A stretch of DNA of 64,000 bases, taken from NCBI GenBank assembly GCA_947478395.1, contig CANJVR010000001.1, forward strand, positions 640,001 through 704,000. Reading direction: 5' to 3'. Of the stretch, positions 56,819 to 64,000 are shown in pieces (position 1 is the stretch's first letter; each line of letters opens with the position of its first letter). Both the position numbers and the translations under genes were made by a program. The notes under the pieces were generated by a model. That model made no database searches. It had not been told where the DNA came from and was given only the letters and a program-made list of their open reading frames with translations. Source of the stretch: Opitutia bacterium (GTDB lineage Bacteria; Verrucomicrobiota; Verrucomicrobiia; Opitutales; Opitutaceae).

Positions 56819-56921
56819 GCTTTCCCTCGGTGCATGGAGCGACCGCCCGCAGACTCCGGCCTAATTCACCGGGCCGTGGCCGCACCGACTGGTTGGACGG
56901 CGGTCGATAGTAGCGGCCCAT

Positions 56922-58382
56922 TTATACCAACCGACAAGGCAGCAACGCCGCGTCCTGCATGCCGTGGATGATCTTTTTGTCCGGCGGGCAGAATGTCGCG
57001 AGTGCGCCCGACAGCAGGGCTTGGCCACCGACGATAAAATAATACGGACAAAGCCGCAGCCGCCCCGCGCGAAGCGTGGCTTCGGCAGCCCCGGGAGCGC
57101 GGGCGCCCTCGCCCACTTCGGCCTCAATGCGGCCGGAGGCGGCCGCGCTCCCAGGATAGAGGCGATGCTCGATCCGGCGCGGCTTCTTATAGGCTTGGAG
57201 CAGGTGTAGATTCATCGGCGCGAACTCGATCGCGCGTTCGATGCCCTGTTGCCATTCTTCGCGGGAACAGTCGCTGCCCAACACCACGCTCCGCGCGCCC
57301 CAGGCCGTTTCATGGTAGCCGGAAATTTTGATAATCAGATCGCGCTCTTTTTGCGTGGCTGCCGCCAGGTCACGCCAATCGCTGAGCGCGCGGCCGGCGA
57401 CGCGGGGCGCGTCCAAAACCGCGCCCGGCGGCAAAGGGGCGGAATCCATAATCCACGACGGCGGGATGAGCGACCGAAGGATTTTTAACGCTGATGCGCT
57501 GAGCGACTCCGCCCAATAGTCGGCGAGCAGATGGTGGTGGAACAAGCCGAAGGCGAGTTTCTCCTCCTGAAAGGGCCGCATCGGCGGCGCGATGACGACC
57601 TCGCCCGCCGCCCACGCTTCGAAGAAGAATCGTTCCGTGGAAAGGTTAGCCAGATCGAAGAGTTCGAAGAAGCGATAGATGATGTCGATTTTCTCCGGAT
57701 TGCCGTCGGCATCGAAGAACAACGCATTTTCGAGTGGGAAAATATCCTCGGGCTTAAGGCAAAACACCCGGTGACCGAGCAATTGAAGTTGATGCGCGAG
57801 CCAGTTCATCTCCGGCCGGTAAGTCGCCGCCTCCTCGCTCACAACCAGCGCGATGAGCGGATTGCGTTCCGCCGGCCGCAACGCCGCGAGCGAAGCGTGA
57901 AAATTTCTGATCATCGCATCGCTGGCCCCGAGAATGGCGCCGCGGGCGTCCGCGCTCCCATACAGCCGGTTCAAAAACGCGGTCAACCCGATGCCGCCTG
58001 GCACCGAATCCAATTCCGTCATGACGAAGCCATCATCCGTCAGCAAAAGGTCGGGCCGGAGGACCGTCGGAAAAAGGCCGCGATTTTTCGGATCGCGCGC
58101 GTGGGCGATCAGGTGGGCCGGTTTGCCGCGGTCGAGATAGTCAGCCACCCACGGCGCGAGCAGCGGCTTGTTGCGGAGAAGATTTTTCCCTGCGACCGAC
58201 CGCAGATAAAGCGTTTCCAAGGCCTGGTGAAATTCCAGACAAGCGGGGCCAATGGCCTCGAGTTGCGCGAGTTGATCGGCGGTGATCGGCCACGCGTCGG
58301 GAGAAAGCTGCCAGGACTTATCCTCGAAAAGCGATTGCGCGGCAAACGCGGCGCGGAGGTGTTCGAAGGACAGGTCGGGCAT
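56922..58382 (-). CDS. Glutathionylspermidine-synthase-like / circularly permuted ATP-grasp-like protein
   Basis: VLRPDLLL...MTELDSVPGGIG, DIIYRFFELFD, EEK, IIKISG...WGARSV, RLRLCPYY. Confidence 0.65.
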   Translation of the reverse strand: MPDLSFEHLRAAFAAQSLFEDKSWQLSPDAWPITADQLAQLEAIGPACLEFHQALETLYLRSVAGKNLLRNKPLLAPWVADYLDRGKPAHLIAHARDPKNRGLFPTVLRPDLLLTDDGFVMTELDSVPGGIGLTAFLNRLYGSADARGAILGASDAMIRNFHASLAALRPAERNPLIALVVSEEAATYRPEMNWLAHQLQLLGHRVFCLKPEDIFPLENALFFDADGNPEKIDIIYRFFELFDLANLSTERFFFEAWAAGEVVIAPPMRPFQEEKLAFGLFHHHLLADYWAESLSASALKILRSLIPPSWIMDSAPLPPGAVLDAPRVAGRALSDWRDLAAATQKERDLIIKISGYHETAWGARSVVLGSDCSREEWQQGIERAIEFAPMNLHLLQAYKKPRRIEHRLYPGSAAASGRIEAEVGEGARAPGAAEATLRAGRLRLCPYYFIVGGQALLSGALATFCPPDKKIIHGMQDAALLPCRLV

Positions 58383-58394
58383 GATTCAGGACAA

Positions 58395-58483
58395 AGAGGC
58401 CAGAAGCCAGAGGCCAGATGCCAGAAAATGCAATTGAGCGAAGCCGTTGTTCGGCGTTTTTCGGCCCCTGACTTCTGGCTTCT
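58395..58483. repeat. Inverted arrays of 7-mers (AGAGGCC/AGAAGCC)
   Basis: AGAGGCC AGAAGCC AGAGGCC AGATGCC on the left; reverse complement AGAAGCC AGAAGTC AGGGGCC on the right. Confidence 0.6.
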
Positions 58484-58487
58484 TCGA

Positions 58488-59631
58488 TTACTCTTCCATC
58501 TGGATGTCCTTATTCCGATGCCGCGGACAGCCCGCGCGGAGCCACGCGTTGACGAAACGATCTAGGTCGCCGTCCAATACGCCCTGGGTGTCGCTGGTGC
58601 TGATACCGGTGCGAAGATCTTTCACCATTTGATAGGGCTGCAAAACATAACTCCGGATCTGCGCGCCAAAGCCGATCTCGCCTTTCTCACCGTAAAATTT
58701 GTCCATTTCGGCGCGTTGCTCGTCCTGCTTGCGCTCGTAAAGCCGGGCCTTGAGGACGTTCATCGCGGTGGCCTTGTTCTTAATTTGGGAGCGCTCGTTT
58801 TGGCAGACGACCACCACCCCAGTCGGAATGTGCGTGAGGCGCACGGCGGAGTCCGTGGTGTTGACGCCTTGGCCGCCCTTGCCGGACGAACGGTAAACAT
58901 CGGTACGGATTTCGTCCTCGGGGATCTCGATGACGATTTCATCCGTAATTTCGGCGACGACATCGACGGCGCAAAACGACGTATGCCGGCGCTTGTTCGA
59001 ATCGAAGGGGCTGATGCGCACGAGGCGGTGGACCCCGCGCTCCGCTTTGGCGTAGCCGTAGGCGTTTTCGCCCTTGATGAGGATGGTGGCCTTGCTGATG
59101 CCGGCGGTGTCTCCGGGCTGCACATCCATGAGTTCGACGCCGAAGCCGCGGCGCTCGGCCCAGCGCGAATACATGCGGAACATGAGGTCGGCCCAGTCGT
59201 TCGCCTCGGTGCCACCCGCGCCAGATTGGATCGAAAAGATCGCGTTGCTACGGTCGAACTGCCCGGTGAGGAACGAGGCGATTTCAAGCGCATCGAGCTC
59301 CTCCGTGAGCGCGACGACCGAACCGGCCAGTTCCTTGTCGTAGGCTTCCTGGGCCGCGGCGTCCTCGCCCGTGATGAGCTCGAGCATCACCGCAATATCG
59401 TCGAGTTTTTTCTGGTACGCGACGACCGGCAGCACCGCCTTCTTCAGGCCGTTCAGTTTCCCAATGTGCTTTTGAGCCCGCTCGTTGTTATTCCAGAAAT
59501 CCGGCACGCCCATCTGGGCGTCCATCGCCTCGATTTCCCGCTGCTTTTGGTCGACGTCAAAGAAACCTCCATAGATGCCCGGCGCGCTTCTTGATGGATT
59601 CGACTTGGTTGAGGTTTTCGATGGAGATCAT
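58488..59631 (-). CDS. prfB: Peptide chain release factor 2, decoded by programmed +1 frameshift
   Basis: 24-codon ORF1 ([24 protein letters not shown]) ends CTT TGA C; second frame has GAGGTE, SPF and GGQ motifs. Confidence 0.97.
59556..59571 (-). promoter_or_regulatory. RF2 +1 frameshift cassette
   Basis: Minus strand TGGAGG-TTT-CTT-TGA-C: internal SD, 3-nt spacer, slippery CTT-T and UGA stop. Confidence 0.95.
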
Positions 59632-59677
59632 GGCAGAAGGGTCATGGCCGCAAACTGCAGCCAAGGGCGCAAGAATG

Positions 59678-59709
59678 AAAAAGGCCGCGGACCGAAGTCC
59701 CGCGGCCTT
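59678..59709 (-). terminator. Intrinsic terminator after the DUF4870-like gene
   Basis: AAAAAGGCCGCGG-loop-CCGCGGCCTT. Confidence 0.75.
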
Positions 59710-59732
59710 GTCTGCAAAAAAGAAATGCCAAA

Positions 59733-60107
59733 TCAGGTGAACGCGCCACCAAACCATTTCTGATAATGCCCGCCCATCACGGGCACGGGTTTCATCTGGC
59801 CGTTGGCCGCGGCCACGAAGCCCATGATCAGCATGACCAACAGGGAAAGGCCAAAGAGCGGCCAGACCAAGATCATGATAAAATTAACGAACGGAATAAA
59901 CGTGATGATCAGGCCGGGCACCCAAAACGCGACGGCGGTGATAAAAAGGCCCAGGGCTTGGCGCAGATGAAACGAACCGAGCGCGGTTTTTTTGCTACCG
60001 TGCATGACGAGCGCGATGATGAATCCGACGGCGGTGATGTAGCTGAGGATGGCGACGGTGCGATCCTCGGCGACTGGCGCTGCGGGGGGAATTCCAGTGG
60101 TGGACAT
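59733..60107 (-). CDS. DUF4870-like small membrane protein
   Basis: EDRTVAILSY, FHLRQALGL, AANGQMKPVP; three TM segments. Confidence 0.82.
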   Translation of the reverse strand: MSTTGIPPAAPVAEDRTVAILSYITAVGFIIALVMHGSKKTALGSFHLRQALGLFITAVAFWVPGLIITFIPFVNFIMILVWPLFGLSLLVMLIMGFVAAANGQMKPVPVMGGHYQKWFGGAFT

Positions 60108-60236
60108 AAAGGTTGAAGGCGGGACTGGAGCGCGAATCTCGTGCCGGGAAACCGGAGGGCAGCGGCCATACCCTCCTTCTCCGGAAACAAAGCCCAATTT
60201 GTAGGCGGAGTGCCGAAATTCAATTCCGCTTGCGGC

Positions 60237-61172
60237 TCAGCTGCGGAGCGTGCCCGCGGCCTGCTCGGCGAGGAAACTGGCGTACGTCTTTTCCACGCCT
60301 GCGCGCAGGGCGATTTTTGCACGCCAGCCCAATCCCGCCAAGCGTGATACATCCATGAGTTTCCGCGGCGTGCCGTCCGGCTTCGTCGCGTCCCACACAA
60401 TTTTTCCACCGAACCCCGTCACCGCCGCAACGGTCTCGGTCAGTTCGCGAATCGTGACGTCGGTGCCCGTCCCGACATTGATCCAATCGGGCGGATTATC
60501 GAGCCCCAGGAGAAATGCGCAGGCCTCAGCGAGGTCATCGACATGGAGGAACTCGCGCTTCGGCGTGCCACTGCCCCAGGCGACCACCTCCGGGCTGCCT
60601 GTTTTTTTCGCTTCGTGAAATTTCCGGATCAGCGCCGGCATGACATGTGAATTTTGCAGATGATAGTTGTCGCCCGGTCCGTAAAGGTTGGTCGGCATTG
60701 CCGAGTGGAACAGCACGCCGTGCTGCTTCCGGTACGCTTGCGCGAGTTTGAGGCCCGTGATCTTGGCGATGGCGTAGGCCTCGTTGGTCGGTTCGAGCGG
60801 CCCGGTCAGCAAGCAATCCTCGGGCATCGGTTGCGGGGCATGCTTCGGGTAAATGCACGAGCTGCCGAGGAAGAGCAGGCGATTCACGCCGGCGCGGTAG
60901 GCGCCGTGAATCGTGTTCGTCGCAATCGCGAGATTCTCGTAAAGAAAATCGGCCGGATAAATGTTGTTGGCGTGAATGCCGCCGACCTTGGCCGCGGCGA
61001 TGATCGCGACCTCCGGCCGCTCCGAGGCGTAAAAAGCGTCGACCGCGCTCGACGAGTTCAGGTCCAGTTCGCTGCGGGTGCGCAGCACCAATTCGACCCC
61101 CGGCTCCTTCGAAAAGCGGCGGACCAGCGCGCGCCCGACCATGCCGTTGTGACCTGCGATAAAGAGTTTCAT
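60237..61172 (-). CDS. fcl: GDP-L-fucose synthase
   Basis: [43 protein letters not shown]. Confidence 0.96.
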   Translation of the reverse strand: MKLFIAGHNGMVGRALVRRFSKEPGVELVLRTRSELDLNSSSAVDAFYASERPEVAIIAAAKVGGIHANNIYPADFLYENLAIATNTIHGAYRAGVNRLLFLGSSCIYPKHAPQPMPEDCLLTGPLEPTNEAYAIAKITGLKLAQAYRKQHGVLFHSAMPTNLYGPGDNYHLQNSHVMPALIRKFHEAKKTGSPEVVAWGSGTPKREFLHVDDLAEACAFLLGLDNPPDWINVGTGTDVTIRELTETVAAVTGFGGKIVWDATKPDGTPRKLMDVSRLAGLGWRAKIALRAGVEKTYASFLAEQAAGTLRS

Positions 61173-61266
61173 GGAAAAAGGTGCGGCCAAGGAGCGTGGC
61201 CGGCCGATAGAAGACGAAGATTTTCCCTACTCGCAATTACCCCGCCCATCATCGCGTTTTAGTCGC

Positions 61267-62283
61267 TTAGGGCTTAGGCAACGCGGCGATCTGCGCCTCC
61301 CGTTTAGCGAGCTCAAGATCGGCCTCGGTCATGATTTTCACGAGCTCCTTGAATTTGGTTTTTGGCTCCCAACCGAGCTGGCGCTTCGCTTTCGCGGGAT
61401 CGCCGATGAGGAGCTCGACCTCGGCCGGCCGCTCGTAGCGCGCGTCGTATTTCACGTATTTCTCCCAGTCGAGATTCAGCAGGCCAAACGTTTCCTGAAT
61501 AAACTCCTTAACCGTATGCGTCTCATTCGTCGCGACCACATAGTCGTCGGGTTTATCCTGCTGCAGCATGACCCACATCATCTCGACATATTCCTTCGCG
61601 TAACCCCAGTCCCGACGCGCGTCGAGGTTGCCCATGAACAATGAATCTTGCAGCCCGAGTTTGATGCGGGTCGCCGCGCGCGTGATCTTGCGGGTCACGA
61701 ACGTCTCGCCCCGGCGCGGGCTCTCGTGGTTGAAGAGAATACCGTTCGAGGCGTGAAGATTGTAGCTTTCGCGGTAGTTCACCGTGAGCCAGTAGGCGTA
61801 CATTTTCGCGCAACCGTACGGTGAACGCGGCCAGAAGGGCGTCGTTTCGGTCTGCGGCACTTCCTGCACTTTGCCGAACATTTCTGACGACGATGCTTGG
61901 TAGAAACGGCATTTTTTTACGAGACCCGCCTCGCGGATCGCCTCAAGAATGCGCACCGAACCGAGGCCCACGACGTCGCCGGTGTACTCTGGGATATCGA
62001 ACGACACGCGCACGTGCGATTGCGCGCCGAGATTATAGATCTCATCCGGCTGGAGCTCGTAAAGCAGCTTCACCATCTGCACCGAATCGGCGAGGTCGCC
62101 GTAGTGGAGATGAAGCCGCACGCCATTGACGTGAGGATCGCGGTAAAGGTGGTCGATGCGGCTCGTGTTGAACGTCGAAGCGCGGCGGATCACACCGTGG
62201 ACCTCGTAGCCTTTTTGCAGCAACAACTCAGCAAGATATGAACCGTCTTGACCGGTGATGCCGGTGATAAGTGCTTTTTTCAT
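61267..62283 (-). CDS. gmd: GDP-mannose 4,6-dehydratase
   Basis: [38 protein letters not shown]. Confidence 0.98.
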   Translation of the reverse strand: MKKALITGITGQDGSYLAELLLQKGYEVHGVIRRASTFNTSRIDHLYRDPHVNGVRLHLHYGDLADSVQMVKLLYELQPDEIYNLGAQSHVRVSFDIPEYTGDVVGLGSVRILEAIREAGLVKKCRFYQASSSEMFGKVQEVPQTETTPFWPRSPYGCAKMYAYWLTVNYRESYNLHASNGILFNHESPRRGETFVTRKITRAATRIKLGLQDSLFMGNLDARRDWGYAKEYVEMMWVMLQQDKPDDYVVATNETHTVKEFIQETFGLLNLDWEKYVKYDARYERPAEVELLIGDPAKAKRQLGWEPKTKFKELVKIMTEADLELAKREAQIAALPKP

Positions 62284-62438
62284 GCAGGCGGAGAAACGCT
62301 ACCGACCGCGTCACCGCCACCGCAAGTCTCCAAATCTGACCAGCCCAACGTGCGCCGCGATCGCCTTGCCGAAGACAAACGGCCGGCGCGGCATCTCGGG
62401 CATTGACGCCAATTTTGCCGGTTTGTTTCCTGTTCGTC

Positions 62439-63179
62439 ATGCATGTGACCAAACCCGTCGTGCCCGGCGTGAAATACAAACGCATCATCCTGAAGCTCTC
62501 CGGCGAGGTGCTGCGCGGCGGGAAGTCGGGCGACCCCATCGACGCTGCCACGCTCGAGAAAACCTGCAGTCAGGTAAAAGAGATTGCTGATCTAGGCGTC
62601 GAGGTGTGCGTGGTCATCGGCGGCGGCAACATCTTCCGCGGCCTCACCGGCGCGCAGCGCGGCGTCGACCGCACCACCGGCGACTACATGGGCATGCTTG
62701 CCACTGTCATCAACGCCCTCGCCCTGATGGACTGCCTGGAAAAAATGGGGGTCACCACCCGGGTCCAAAGCGCGATCCCGATGAACCAGATTGCCGAGCC
62801 ATTCATCCTCCGCCGCGCCATGCGCCACCTCGAAAAGGGGCGGGTCGTGATCTTCGCCGCCGGCACCGGCAATCCGTACTTTTCCACCGACACCACCGCG
62901 GCCCTCCGTGCCTCTGAGTTGCACGCCGACATCATCATGAAGGCCACGAAGGTCGACGGCATCTACGACAAGGATCCGAAGAAGTTTCCCGACGCGGTTA
63001 AGTATGACCAGATCACGTTTATCGACGCCCTGAAGCAGCGGCTCAACGTCATGGACTCGACCGCGTTTTCGCTGTGTCTCGACAATAATGTTCCCATCCT
63101 CGTGTTCGACCTCAACGACGAGCACGCCATCCGCAAAGCCGTCCTCGGCGAAAAAATCGGCACGCTCGTCAAGAGCTGA
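62439..63179 (+). CDS. pyrH: UMP kinase
   Basis: [37 protein letters not shown]. Confidence 0.98.
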   Translation: MHVTKPVVPGVKYKRIILKLSGEVLRGGKSGDPIDAATLEKTCSQVKEIADLGVEVCVVIGGGNIFRGLTGAQRGVDRTTGDYMGMLATVINALALMDCLEKMGVTTRVQSAIPMNQIAEPFILRRAMRHLEKGRVVIFAAGTGNPYFSTDTTAALRASELHADIIMKATKVDGIYDKDPKKFPDAVKYDQITFIDALKQRLNVMDSTAFSLCLDNNVPILVFDLNDEHAIRKAVLGEKIGTLVKS

Positions 63180-63240
63180 ACGCTCGTCCTCGTTGGCCGC
63201 CCGTTAAAATCGCGACTCCAAAAAACAAAAACTTCCTCCC

Positions 63241-63786
63241 ATGTCCTCCCCTTTCCTTTCAGAAGCCCAGGCCAAGATGAAAAAAGCCGTGGACCATACG
63301 CTCCACGAATTCAGCGCCATTCATACCGGCAAAGCCACGCCCGCGATGGTCGAGACGATCATGGTCGAGGCTTATGGCCAGAACACCCCGCTCAAACAGT
63401 GCGCCGCCATCAGCACGCCCGACGCGCGGCTCATTCAAATCCAGCCGTGGGACGTCAGCCTGATTAAATCCATCCTCAAGGGCGTTCAGGAGGCCAATCT
63501 CGGTTTCAATCCCATCCCCGACGGGAAAATCATCCGCATTCCACTCCCTGAAATGAGCCGTGAACGCCGGCAGGAATTCGTCAAGACCGCCCACCGTCTC
63601 GCGGAGGAAGGTCGCGTTCACGTGCGCAACGCCCGCCGCGACATCCTGGAGACAGTCAAAAAAGCCAAGCTGCCCGAGGACGAGTCGAAGCGCCTCGAAA
63701 AAGACATTCAAGCCGCGACGGACGCCGCGATCAAAAGCATCGGCGACCATCTCGCGCACAAAGAAAAAGACCTGCTCACCGTTTGA
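63241..63786 (+). CDS. frr: Ribosome recycling factor
   Basis: HTGKATP, IQPWD, ERRQEFVK, VRNARRD; follows pyrH. Confidence 0.97.
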   Translation: MSSPFLSEAQAKMKKAVDHTLHEFSAIHTGKATPAMVETIMVEAYGQNTPLKQCAAISTPDARLIQIQPWDVSLIKSILKGVQEANLGFNPIPDGKIIRIPLPEMSRERRQEFVKTAHRLAEEGRVHVRNARRDILETVKKAKLPEDESKRLEKDIQAATDAAIKSIGDHLAHKEKDLLTV

Positions 63787-63868
63787 GCCGGAATCGGACC
63801 GGAGCTCACCAGGTCTGCGCAGAAATCACGCCGACGTTTTCCTCGCTCCGCTCCCTCCGTTATCTCCA

Positions 63869-64000
63869 GTGAAAATCTCCGGGCAGAATTCCGTTCCGCG
63901 ACGAGTGGTCGTCAAACTCGGCACCGGCGTGCTCACGACCGGCATCGGCCAGCTCGACCTCGCGCGACTTTCCGATCTCGCCGCCCAACTCGCCGCCCTC
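63869..64000 (+). CDS. proB: Glutamate 5-kinase, 5' part (runs off the window)
   Basis: Own translation from GTG 63869: VKISGQNSVPRRVVVKLGTGVLTTGIGQLDLARL... Confidence 0.78.
   Translation, partial: MKISGQNSVPRRVVVKLGTGVLTTGIGQLDLARLSDLAAQLAAL

Noticed and set aside
56820..56920. CGCAGACTCCGGCCTAA...GTAGCGG resembling part of a c-di-GMP-I riboswitch
   Set aside because: The GNRA-capped P2 stem and GGCAAAC motif are missing, and it lies between convergent gene ends
58488..59631. prfB as a frameshifted pseudogene or sequencing error
   Set aside because: The break is exactly the canonical programmed frameshift site
1..64000. tRNA, rRNA, tmRNA, SRP RNA or intact IS transposase genes
   Set aside because: No cloverleaf/T-loop signatures, rRNA-like segments or DDE/HUH ORFs recognised by eye; a covariance-model scan would be needed to exclude small RNAs

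Overview
High-GC bacterial chromosomal segment, most likely from an Opitutaceae/Verrucomicrobiota genome. This is an inference from the style of the large TonB-dependent receptors, the duplicated TMTC-like genes and the C/T-rich leaders without Shine-Dalgarno sequences. Most of the window is housekeeping or metabolic: secA, lnt, tgt, trpG-like, nrdR, dprA, nnr, acpS, pdxJ, gltA, hisH, sucCD, prfB with its programmed +1 frameshift, gmd-fcl, pyrH, frr and the start of proB. Two things stand out. (1) A compact candidate lipid-linked glycosylation locus at 10.85-19.0 kb. It contains a GT2 polyprenyl-phosphate-sugar synthase-like gene, an AglB/STT3-like GT-C protein that keeps the catalytic D, DHH, TIXE-like and R motifs but lacks WWDYG, and two TMTC-like (DD motif plus TPR) transferases, followed by two TonB-dependent receptors, lnt and secA. 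(2) A dispersed ~136-bp MITE-like element with seven copies, short terminal inverted repeats, a TA target and an internal GTAG REP-like hairpin. It often sits on stop codons, and one copy is nested in an older REP pair. Several gene remnants and degenerate enzymes are also visible: an XRE HTH, a HisC-like aminotransferase, a VOC fragment, a CotH pseudokinase and a degenerate ABC NBD. No rRNA, tRNA, CRISPR array, transposase or prophage was seen. All family assignments come from motif recognition by eye, not database searches.
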